Assembly: GCA_036378855.1 (NCBI GenBank)
Contig: DASUVR010000253.1
Coordinates: forward strand, 1-57,872
Direction of reading: 5' to 3'
DNA from: Gemmatimonadales bacterium
Lineage (GTDB): Bacteria > Gemmatimonadota > Gemmatimonadetes > Gemmatimonadales > GWC2-71-9
DNA length: 57,872 nucleotides
The notes beneath the pieces are model-generated. The model made no database searches and was not told the DNA's origin. It saw only the letters and a list, made by a program, of their open reading frames with translations. Positions 34,320 through 42,547 of the stretch are shown piece by piece; the first letter of the stretch is position 1; every line of letters begins with the position of its first letter. Both the position numbers and the translations under genes were made by a program.

Positions 34320-34946
34320 TCAGCTTGCCTGAGGTGCATCGTCTGCAGGAGGCATTCCGGCCCGGCTTTCCGGCTGCGGTTCCTCGGCCGTGCCTTCGCG
34401 GCCTTGACGAAAGCCACCTCGCTGGAACCGATCCCACTGATCGCCGGCGCGGCGCCGCATGTCGGAGGCTGCGCCCTGCACCCGGGAACGCACCGGAGCG
34501 GCCCGATCGCTGGTAAGAAAGTAGGTGGCAGCTACACCAGCCGCGAGCGCGACAATGGTGCCGAGCGGACCCGAATCCTCATCCTCTCCGCTCAGATCGA
34601 TGTCTCGAATCCGGTCTTTGGCTTTGGTCCAGCGCTCCTCAACGTCTTCCCATTCCTCACCGGCGTCCTCCCGGAGCTTGGCCAAACGCTCTTTCGCCCG
34701 TTTGCGAACCTTGCTGCTCGCCTCCTGTACGTCTTCCAGGCTGTCCCCTACGCCCTCTCCGAGGGCCGCCAGACGTTTCCGCAGCAGCTTTCGAGTCTTG
34801 GTTCCAGGTTGAGGCGCGGCCAACAAGCCGATGCCCACCCCGAGGAGCGTGGCAAACAGAAGCGAGCCGGCTCCGGTTCCCCTCCGGTCACGAGCATCGA
34901 ACCAAGGGTCGAGCGGGTCGCCGCTCCCGCGCTGTGGTGTGGCCAT
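34320..34946 (-). CDS. YtxH domain-containing protein (general-stress type)
   Basis: The ATG at 34946 gives MATPQRG...GAGSLLFATLLGVGIGLLAAPQPGTKTRKLLRKRL (YtxH signature). This is followed by a charged helical region and a second hydrophobic segment. Confidence 0.78.
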   Translation of the reverse strand: MATPQRGSGDPLDPWFDARDRRGTGAGSLLFATLLGVGIGLLAAPQPGTKTRKLLRKRLAALGEGVGDSLEDVQEASSKVRKRAKERLAKLREDAGEEWEDVEERWTKAKDRIRDIDLSGEDEDSGPLGTIVALAAGVAATYFLTSDRAAPVRSRVQGAASDMRRRAGDQWDRFQRGGFRQGREGTAEEPQPESRAGMPPADDAPQAS

Positions 34947-35372
34947 GAATCCCCCAATCCCGCCCGGCAGGGGGCGAGCGTGATTGAACCGGATCGGTTT
35001 CGGATCTGCCAGTCCGAAACGTGGTAATCGCACACTAATAAATACCTCAGAGGAGCGAAACGTCTTGCATTACACAGTCTGAGGTCGAAAAACGCACCAA
35101 TTTGCACTGCCCCCAAACCGGTCCCTGGCGGCACCCCGGTGAGGTCGGCGTGCGGGAACGGTGGCCGGAGCTTATGACATAATGCCGCGAATTGATTGAG
35201 CTTACCAGTCCGGCTTCCGTCCGATTCAACCGTTAGCGGAAGCTAATCCCGAAATAAGCACGGAATTGGCACCCCGTCCGGCTAATCCCCGGAGCGGCCG
35301 GCAAGGCCGTTCGATCCTATTTCCCCGGGCCTGGACAGCGTGCCAAGTCCCACGAACCACCGAGTGTGAGCC

Positions 35373-36620
35373 ATGTACCTCGTCGAACTCCGGCCGGGCA
35401 AGGAAGAACTCTATCGATCCAGCGACGAGCTCGCCTTGGCCATCCGCAATGGCGATGTAGACGCGCGCTCCCGGGTGTACCATCGGGCCACTGCCAAGTG
35501 GATCTCGATTACGCTGCATCCGCAATATCGAGCGATAGTTGCTGCCGCAAAGGACGACTCAGGCGGCCGTCCGCTCCGCCGGGTTTGGGGCATGCTGAGT
35601 GGCGGTATCGGCGAACCGGGCCTGCCGCCGCAGCAGCAGGGACCCACGAACGGTCCCACCATTCAATACCGCTGGCGTCGCCCCCTCGCCCTGGGTATCT
35701 CGGCGCTGCTGCTGATGTCGGGCATTCAGCTGGCGTTTTCCGGACCCCGGCCTCAGTGGGGCAGGTCTGGACGAGTCGCCGTGGTAACTAAGGCGGCCCT
35801 CAGCAATCAGAGGGCAGTGCCAGCCGAAAGAAGGGTTCAGGCCGAGGCCTTGAGCGACGAGACGGCTAGCGGGCTGGTGTCCCTGGCCAGCAACAACACC
35901 GTATGGGAAGAGCCGGCAGATACCCTGGAAACGGACAACATCGAGCCAACGCCGGCCAAGCCGTTACTGCCGCGCGCACCGACGCTGCGCTCCAACTCAC
36001 TGCAGGACGCGTTAGCCCCAGGCGCCGTCACCCCGGCCTCAAAGAATTCCTTGCCGGGCCTCCTGGCTCGCTACACTGCCGCACACGATGCCGCGCAAAG
36101 TCGGCTGGAAACCGGCATGCGAGTGGCGCGGCTGACCAAGATGTTTGCCGCATCCCGGCTGAGTCCAGACGGCGGCGTCACCGATACCCGGATGAGCCTG
36201 GCAGGTGCAGCCAACATCATCAGGGTATACCGGCAGCAACAGGCCGCCATCGAGAAGGCCTATCAGGACACGGTGACTTCTCTGGCGCGGCAGCAGAGCT
36301 GGTCTCCCCGCAAGGTGCGCCAGTGGTATTCCCGGCCACCGAGAAAAGAAGCTCCGACACTCGAGTTGATCAGCGGCTCGCTGGTGTCGACTTTTGACAG
36401 TCTTCTCGGAGTACTGAACGCTCAGGCGGGCGCCTACAAGATCCGGGGCACCGCTATTGCCTTCGAGGATCCGGCGGCAAGTCAAGCCTACGGTGCATTG
36501 CGGAGGAAGATCAAGGAGCAGATCGACGGGGCCGTAGCGGCCGGTGGTGCCACGTCTTCAGGTGTTACCAGTCTCCTTTTGCAGGCAATCGGAACCACGT
36601 CGTTACCGCGGGAGACCTGA
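35373..36620 (+). CDS. hypothetical membrane-anchored protein
   Basis: 415-aa ORF with a small N-terminal domain (MYLVELRPGKEELYRSSDELALAIRNGDVDARSRVYHRATAKWISI). One TM (LALGISALLLMSGIQLAF). Helical C-terminal half. No family recognised. Confidence 0.6.
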   Translation: MYLVELRPGKEELYRSSDELALAIRNGDVDARSRVYHRATAKWISITLHPQYRAIVAAAKDDSGGRPLRRVWGMLSGGIGEPGLPPQQQGPTNGPTIQYRWRRPLALGISALLLMSGIQLAFSGPRPQWGRSGRVAVVTKAALSNQRAVPAERRVQAEALSDETASGLVSLASNNTVWEEPADTLETDNIEPTPAKPLLPRAPTLRSNSLQDALAPGAVTPASKNSLPGLLARYTAAHDAAQSRLETGMRVARLTKMFAASRLSPDGGVTDTRMSLAGAANIIRVYRQQQAAIEKAYQDTVTSLARQQSWSPRKVRQWYSRPPRKEAPTLELISGSLVSTFDSLLGVLNAQAGAYKIRGTAIAFEDPAASQAYGALRRKIKEQIDGAVAAGGATSSGVTSLLLQAIGTTSLPRET

Positions 36621-37397
36621 AGCCGAAAGCTCGTCGCGTAACACCCTGCCAGGTACTTCACTCATCGCCCGCTGGGCCAGCACCTGCTCGCCTCGGGCGA
36701 TAAGTGTTTGTGCCGCCTCCTGGGGAGAGACGCCACGACGGCGGCTCCCATGGTGGTCGGTTGCCAGGAGATCCACCAGGCCGGCGTCGACCATTTGCCA
36801 GGCCAGCTGCTCCGAGCCCGGACTCGAGCCCTGGTAGTGGCCGGTGAGACTGCCCACGTTGACCTGCAGCAAGGCTCCCATCTCTTGCCACGAGTGCATC
36901 ACGTCGAGGGGCTCGTGCCCCGCCAGATACCGGTATCGTTCCGGATGAGCGATCACAATGTGCCGGCCGGCATCCGCCGCCTCTCGCACCACATCATTGT
37001 GGTTGCCCTGCAGGTCGAATCCGAACTCTACCAGCAGCGATCTGCCGGGAAGTCCCACACCATATCGGCGTACCACTCGTCGAAGCGACGCCGCGTCGGG
37101 CGCCAATATTTCCTGACCCAGCCAGAGCTCGGGGAGATCCGTCCGCCCAGCCGCGGCAGTGGCCAGCTCGTCGAAGGCGCGTCGCTGGCGCCCCAGCTCG
37201 CGGTCCACGTCCGACGAGGTGCTCAGATGGGGAAGGAGCAAGTGGGGCGTGGTGACGACGGATCGTACACCCTCTCGGTACAAACCGGCGAGGGAGTCCA
37301 GCGACTCGGCCACGGTACGGGTGCCGTCATCCACGCCGGGGACCAGATGGCTGTGTAGGTCGATGATGGGGAACGCGGGTTGGGTCTGCTTGGTCAT
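36603..37397 (-). CDS. CpsB/CapC-type PHP-family protein-tyrosine phosphatase
   Basis: IIDLHSHLVPGVDDG, VVTTPH, VIAHPERY, LLATDHHG form the metal-binding motif series of YwqE/CpsB phosphatases. Confidence 0.85.
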   Translation of the reverse strand: MTKQTQPAFPIIDLHSHLVPGVDDGTRTVAESLDSLAGLYREGVRSVVTTPHLLLPHLSTSSDVDRELGRQRRAFDELATAAAGRTDLPELWLGQEILAPDAASLRRVVRRYGVGLPGRSLLVEFGFDLQGNHNDVVREAADAGRHIVIAHPERYRYLAGHEPLDVMHSWQEMGALLQVNVGSLTGHYQGSSPGSEQLAWQMVDAGLVDLLATDHHGSRRRGVSPQEAAQTLIARGEQVLAQRAMSEVPGRVLRDELSASGLPR

Positions 37398-37495
37398 GCA
37401 GCGAGTCTAAGGCAACGATCGGGCCAGCGACAAGGTGGTCCGGCCGAGCGAGCACGTGTAGTCTTCAGCACGCTATCACACGAGCGGAGTCTTAC

Positions 37496-38725
37496 GTGAG
37501 CACGGCTCGACGCACCCACGGGTTTCGCGAATCGGTTATCAGGGGGATGACCCGGCTTGCCCGGGAACACCGGTCCATCAATCTGGCTCAGGGGTTTCCC
37601 AACTTTCCAGCCCCGGAGCTGTTGAAGGAAGCGGCGAAACGGGCAATTCAGGACGACATCAACCAGTATGCCATTACCTGGGGTGCCCAGCGACTCCGCG
37701 AAGCGCTGGCCCGCACGTACAACCAGTGGTACGGGATGGAGGTGGATCCGGAGCGGGAGATCACGGTAACCTGCGGCGCCACTGAAGCGATGATCTCTGT
37801 TCTGCTCGCTCTGGTGAATCCCGGGGATGAAGTCATCGTGTTCGAACCGTTCTACGAAAATTACGGGCCGGACACCATTCTGGCCGACGCGAGCCCGGTG
37901 TACGTGCCGCTCGAGCCCGGCCGGCCACTGGACCTCGACCGCCTGGCTGCAGCGTTCTCTCCTAAGACCCGAGCCATCATCATCAACACTCCCAGCAATC
38001 CGGCAGGCAGAGTACTGGACCGAGCGGAGCTGGAGGCCATCGGAGAGCTGTGCATTCGACACGATGCTATCGCGATTACCGATGAGATCTACGAGCACAT
38101 CCGCTTCGAGGGGGATCATATCCCCATCGCCACACTGCCGGAGATGCGAAACAGAACGGTGACCATCAGTGGGGCTTCAAAGACCTTCAGCGTAACGGGT
38201 TGGAGAGTGGGTTGGATCATCGCTCCGCTGGGGATGACGGACGCGATCCGTAAGGTGCACGATTTCCTGACCGTAGGCGCGCCGGCGCCGCTGCAGGAAG
38301 GGGTGGCGGTGGCTCTCGATGAGCTGGGACGCGAGTTCTACGACGGGCTGGCCCAGAGCTACCGCGCTCGTCGAGACCTGCTGCATTCCGCACTTATCGA
38401 AACGGGCTTCCGTTGTACTCCGCCGGAAGGGGCGTACTACATCCTTTCGGATTTTTCTGGACTGCGTGACCTGGTACCTTCGGGTCCTCAGCTCGACGAC
38501 ACCGGCTTTGCGGTGTGGCTGTCCCGGGAGATCGGCGTGACGCCAGTGCCCGGCTCCAGCTTCTATCGCCAGGGACGAGGCCAGACCACTGTGCGGTTCG
38601 TGTTCTGTAAGACCGACGATGTTCTGCTCGAGGCCACCCGGCGGCTTCGCACCCTACCTTCCCGGACTGGTGCCTCGGCGGATCGCCCGCTCGAGCCCGC
38701 CACCCGCAGCGGGCTGCAGCGCTGA
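37496..38725 (+). CDS. pyridoxal-phosphate-dependent aminotransferase, class I/II (YbdL/MtnE/KAT-like)
   Basis: INLAQGFPNFPAP, YAITWG, TCGATEA, NTPSNPAG, SGASKTFSVTGWRVGW (PLP lysine), VRFVFCK. GTG start. Confidence 0.88.
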   Translation: MSTARRTHGFRESVIRGMTRLAREHRSINLAQGFPNFPAPELLKEAAKRAIQDDINQYAITWGAQRLREALARTYNQWYGMEVDPEREITVTCGATEAMISVLLALVNPGDEVIVFEPFYENYGPDTILADASPVYVPLEPGRPLDLDRLAAAFSPKTRAIIINTPSNPAGRVLDRAELEAIGELCIRHDAIAITDEIYEHIRFEGDHIPIATLPEMRNRTVTISGASKTFSVTGWRVGWIIAPLGMTDAIRKVHDFLTVGAPAPLQEGVAVALDELGREFYDGLAQSYRARRDLLHSALIETGFRCTPPEGAYYILSDFSGLRDLVPSGPQLDDTGFAVWLSREIGVTPVPGSSFYRQGRGQTTVRFVFCKTDDVLLEATRRLRTLPSRTGASADRPLEPATRSGLQR

Positions 38726-38781
38726 CAGCCGGCTCCCTGCCTGAATCGACCCGACCTCTCGCCCTGGTCACTGGGGCATCG

Positions 38782-39522
38782 GTGGGTATCGGCCTGGAAT
38801 TCTGCCGGCAGCTGGCAGCTGCCGGGTACGACCTGATGGTTGTATCGCGGGATGCGGCTCGACTGGAGGCGCTGCGACTGGAGCTGGAGCAGCAAGCGAT
38901 AGCAGTGGACGTTTTTCCGGCCGATCTCACGCGGGACGACGATGTGACTCGGCTGGTGGGATTGATCGCGGCCTCGCCGAGGCTCGAGCTGCTGGTGAAT
39001 AACGCCGGATTCGGCACTCGCGGTACCCTGGCGGATGCAAGCCCATCGCAGCAGGAGGCCATGCTTCGTCTGCATACCATCGCTCCGATGCGACTGAGTC
39101 AGGCCGCGCTGCCGGGGCTGATCCAGCGGGGGCGGGGAGGGATCATCAACGTTTCATCCGTGGCATCCTTTTCCTACTCGCCCGGAAACGTCAATTACTG
39201 CGCGACGAAGGCATATCTCACCAACTTTAGCGAAGGACTGGCCGCGGAGCTCCGGGGCACCGGAGTTCGGGTACAGGCTCTCTGTCCCGGCTTTACCCAT
39301 TCCGAGTTTCACGAGCGGATGAAAGCTGATCCCCGGCTGGTACCCGGATGGATGTGGCTCTCGGCCCGTCAGGTGGTGAGATCCTCGCTGCGGAATGTGC
39401 GGCGCAGGGGGCCAGTCGTATGTGTTCCCGGTCTGCGTTACAAGCTGATAGTGTTTTTGCTCCGCCACGTGCCCCGCTCCTTCATCGGCTGGGCAGCCCG
39501 GCATCGGTCCACCGGGATGTGA
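38782..39522 (+). CDS. SDR family oxidoreductase (coordinates from the first GTG; the true N-terminus probably lies upstream)
   Basis: NNAG, YCATKAY (YxxxK), and PGFTHSEF. The in-frame upstream codons 38755-38781 encode PLALVTGAS, which completes the TGxxxGIG Rossmann motif. No ATG/GTG/TTG lies between the stop at 38608 and 38782. Confidence 0.8.
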   Translation: MGIGLEFCRQLAAAGYDLMVVSRDAARLEALRLELEQQAIAVDVFPADLTRDDDVTRLVGLIAASPRLELLVNNAGFGTRGTLADASPSQQEAMLRLHTIAPMRLSQAALPGLIQRGRGGIINVSSVASFSYSPGNVNYCATKAYLTNFSEGLAAELRGTGVRVQALCPGFTHSEFHERMKADPRLVPGWMWLSARQVVRSSLRNVRRRGPVVCVPGLRYKLIVFLLRHVPRSFIGWAARHRSTGM

Positions 39523-39587
39523 GATTGAGGGGATTCCTGGGTGCAACTATCTGCAGTGTGGGTCAGATTCGGCACCACTCTTCTCAC

Positions 39588-39616
39588 ACCCCCAGAGAGA
39601 CCGGGGGCTTTTCTTT
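39588..39616 (+). terminator. candidate rho-independent terminator after the SDR gene
   Basis: CCCCC (39589-39593) / GGGGG (39603-39607) stem, followed by CTTTTCTTT. Confidence 0.45.
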
Positions 39617-39763
39617 GAGCTCGACTCCACCTTTCCGGCCTCAAGACCGATACTCCACGGTTGAGGACGGTGCCGGGCTCTCTGGCCGTAGTGGCGTTGC
39701 TCTTGCTGTCTGGAACCTCCTTCTCCTATCCAATCAGCATCCCTAGGTCGAGCAGGAGGTCGG

Positions 39764-40660
39764 ATGAGGTACATCGCGCTTCTCGGAATTCTGGCCGTTG
39801 CGGCCACCGGATGTAACCGCAGCAAGGCGGAGCTGGCCAAAGCACTGGCGGAGTCGAAGGCCGCGGAGGCCCAGAAGGACAGCCTGCTGACCGAGGTTCT
39901 CGAGACCACGCAATTTGTCGGTGACCTGAATAGTGAGCTGGCCAAGGCCAAGGCCGTTGCGGTTTCGGCAGAAGGCGCCGATCGCGGTATGCCCGGTGCG
40001 CAGCTCGATCGGGAAGAGCGCAAGGCCACGCTGGAGCGAATTCAGCAGGTGATTGCGCGGCTCAACGAGAGCGAAGCCAAGCTCACCGCCACAGAAAACC
40101 GGGTCAAGAACGCCAAGATCCGCAACGCGAGACTGTTGGCGCAGATCACCACGTACAAACAGACTATCGAGGACCTCAAGACGGCTGCCGAACAGCAGCG
40201 AGCCGAGCAGGAGGCGGTCATTGCCGATCAGCGCAATCAAATCGCCAACCTTTCCGGTCAGGTGGACGAGTTGAATGTCCAGGCCGCGTCGCTGCGCGAC
40301 ACGGTGGTGCATTTGACCGCTTACAAGAATCGGGTCTACTACGCGATCGGGACCAAGGATGAGCTGCTGAAGAACGGTGTCGTGATCCGGGAAGGAAAGA
40401 AGTTCCTCTTCTTCGGAGGGACTCGTCTGGAGCCCGCGCGCAAACCGAACCTGGATGCGTTCACGATGATCGACAAGACGCAGACCGTTTCCATACCGCT
40501 TCCCCACCCGGGCAAGCGCTACAAGATCATATCCCGTCAGAGTCCAGAGTATCTGACTGGCCAGGTGACCGGGAACGGAGAGGTCGAGGGGGTGGTCGAG
40601 ATCGCGCAGCCTGAAGAGTTCTGGTCAGCGTCGAAATACCTGATTCTCGTCGAAAACTAG
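39764..40660 (+). CDS. hypothetical coiled-coil lipoprotein
   Basis: AGGAGG SD. MRYIALLGILAVAATGC (lipobox). About 170 aa of heptad-like A/E/K/Q-rich sequence, then a globular C-terminal domain. No family recognised. Confidence 0.7.
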   Translation: MRYIALLGILAVAATGCNRSKAELAKALAESKAAEAQKDSLLTEVLETTQFVGDLNSELAKAKAVAVSAEGADRGMPGAQLDREERKATLERIQQVIARLNESEAKLTATENRVKNAKIRNARLLAQITTYKQTIEDLKTAAEQQRAEQEAVIADQRNQIANLSGQVDELNVQAASLRDTVVHLTAYKNRVYYAIGTKDELLKNGVVIREGKKFLFFGGTRLEPARKPNLDAFTMIDKTQTVSIPLPHPGKRYKIISRQSPEYLTGQVTGNGEVEGVVEIAQPEEFWSASKYLILVEN

Positions 40661-40682
40661 ACCCAGTTTCGAGAGCACTCTG

Positions 40683-40719
40683 GCGGGAGCCGGCGAGAGG
40701 CCGGCTCCCGCTACTTTTT
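40683..40719 (+). terminator. rho-independent terminator
   Basis: Perfect 12-bp stem GCGGGAGCCGGC (40683-40694) / GCCGGCTCCCGC (40700-40711), then TACTTTTT. Confidence 0.8.
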
Positions 40720-40905
40720 GTGCACTGTTGTGACGCACATCACAAATCCCGACATGGGCTTACAAACAATTTTGTCAACATCCTCGACATATGTTGATGA
40801 CCTTGAAATCTGTCGTGGGTGATGCGCAGCACGGCCCACCGAGGGAATGCATCCATATTCACGTTGTTACCGATCCCATTTATTTCTTCCTCCCGGAGGT
40901 TGCTC

Positions 40906-41145
40906 GTGCGGAACGTCACACTTGCCCTTGCGTTCGCTGCGGTCTGGACCGTCAGTGGCTGCAAGAAAACTGGAGATGGCCAGTACGAAGTGCAGAAGCC
41001 TGTGGTGGGCACCGAGACCGACACGGTGAACACACCGACCGTCGAGACCGGCACGGTAAAAGACACGGTCACCGTCCCCAAGGTCGAGAGCGAGAAGAAG
41101 GAAGTCACCGTCCCCAAGGTTGAGGTCAAGAAGCCCAATCAGTAG
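40906..41145 (+). CDS. small Thr/Val-rich repeat lipoprotein (79 aa)
   Basis: GGAGG lies 6 nt upstream of the GTG at 40906. VRNVTLALAFAAVWTVSGCKK (lipobox). A tandem 36-nt repeat encodes VTVPKVE(S/V) (41068 and 41104). Confidence 0.6.
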   Translation: MRNVTLALAFAAVWTVSGCKKTGDGQYEVQKPVVGTETDTVNTPTVETGTVKDTVTVPKVESEKKEVTVPKVEVKKPNQ

Positions 41146-41244
41146 TCGCTCTCCCAGTTCGCCCTCTCCAAAATCAGCGATATATTGCCGACACCGCGGG
41201 GGAAACACCGTCTCCGCGGAGTCTGCTTTTCAGTTCGGACTTTT

Positions 41245-42540
41245 ATGTCACCACTGATCCCACATCTCATGCTGTGGGCGATGGCTGCGGTTGCGCCTTC
41301 GCTGATCGTCGCCCAGGACCGGCTCGTCATACGGGCCGGCCGACTGGTGGACGTCGATCGCGGCGAGGTCCGCCGCGACCAGGTGGTGTTGATCCGGCTC
41401 GGAAAGATTGAGGCCATTCAACCTGCCTCGGCTCCGCTACCCTCCGGCATTCAGGTCGTCGACCTCAGCCGCTACACCGTGCTCCCGGGCCTGATCGATT
41501 GTCACAGTCATCTGATCGGTGAGGCCGCCGCCGCGGATGTGCTGCAGCCGCTCGAGCGCTCCGAGGCCCAGGAGGCATTCAGTGGAGTGCGTAACGCGCG
41601 GGCGACACTGCTGGCGGGATTCACAACGGTCCGCGATGTCGGGACCTATCGCGCCTTGGTCGACGTTGCCCTGAGGGACGCGATCAACGACGGTACGGTG
41701 ATTGGCCCGCGGATGAAGGTGGCCGGAGCGTACGTGACGGTTTCGACCGGGGCGGGAGAGTTGGTAGGCGCCGCTCCAGACGTGACCATTCCCGCCAGCT
41801 TCCGATTCGGTGTGGCAAACTCGGTTGACCAGGTCCGGGAGCGGGTTCGCGCCATTCTGAACGGTGGGGCCGACTTCATCAAGATCCTGGCGACCGGTGC
41901 GGTGTTTACCCGAGGCACCAAGCCGGGCGTCTCCGAGTTTACCGAAGAGCAGATCCGGGCGGCGGTGGACCAGGCCGCTGAGTACGGCACCTTCGTCGCC
42001 GCTCACGCGCACGGAGCAGAAGGGATCAAGCGAGCGGTGCGGGCCGGCGTCCGTTCTATCGAGCACGGATCGCTGATGGACGACGAGGCGATCGCCCTGA
42101 TGAAGCAGCGGGGCACCTGGCTTGTGGCCGACATCTGGAACGGCGACTACACCGACAGCGTGGGACGAGCCGAGCGGTGGCCGGAAGACATTCTGCGCAA
42201 GAATACCGAGACTACCGAGATTCAACGCGCAGGGTTCCGCAAAGCGGTTGCTGCGGGAGTCAAAATCGCCTACGGCACCGACAGTGGGATCTATCCCCAC
42301 GGACTCAATGCCATGCAGTTGCCGTACATGGTGAAGTACGGCATGACCGCAATGCAGGCCATTCGCTCGGCCACGCTTTCCGCCGCGCAGCTGATGATGT
42401 GGCAGGATAGCGTGGGCTCCATAGCACCCGGGAAATATGCCGATATCATCGCGGTCGAGGGCGATGCATTGGCCGATCTGAGGAGTTTTCGGAAGATTGC
42501 CTTCATCATGAAGGGCGGAGTTATCTACCAGCGCCCGTGA
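41245..42540 (+). CDS. amidohydrolase family protein (metal-dependent, Xaa-Pro dipeptidase/imidazolonepropionase-like), secreted
   Basis: Signal peptide MSPLIPHLMLWAMAAVAPSLIVAQ. PGLIDCHSHL (HxH), AAHAHGAEGI, IEHGS, YGTDSG form the amidohydrolase metal-ligand pattern. Confidence 0.85.
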   Translation: MSPLIPHLMLWAMAAVAPSLIVAQDRLVIRAGRLVDVDRGEVRRDQVVLIRLGKIEAIQPASAPLPSGIQVVDLSRYTVLPGLIDCHSHLIGEAAAADVLQPLERSEAQEAFSGVRNARATLLAGFTTVRDVGTYRALVDVALRDAINDGTVIGPRMKVAGAYVTVSTGAGELVGAAPDVTIPASFRFGVANSVDQVRERVRAILNGGADFIKILATGAVFTRGTKPGVSEFTEEQIRAAVDQAAEYGTFVAAHAHGAEGIKRAVRAGVRSIEHGSLMDDEAIALMKQRGTWLVADIWNGDYTDSVGRAERWPEDILRKNTETTEIQRAGFRKAVAAGVKIAYGTDSGIYPHGLNAMQLPYMVKYGMTAMQAIRSATLSAAQLMMWQDSVGSIAPGKYADIIAVEGDALADLRSFRKIAFIMKGGVIYQRP

Positions 42541-42547
42541 GGAGATT

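Noticed and set aside
35290-35320. tRNA-like T-loop sequence GCCGTTCGATCC.
   Set aside because: The flanking sequence cannot form a 5-bp T-stem, an acceptor stem or a D-arm. No cloverleaf could be drawn by hand.
40770-40800. A 7-bp inverted repeat TCAACAT-N9-ATGTTGA in the AT-richer region upstream of the small lipoprotein gene, as an operator.
   Set aside because: It is short, imperfectly positioned relative to any convincing -35/-10 pair, and could arise by chance. I noted it but do not call it a feature.
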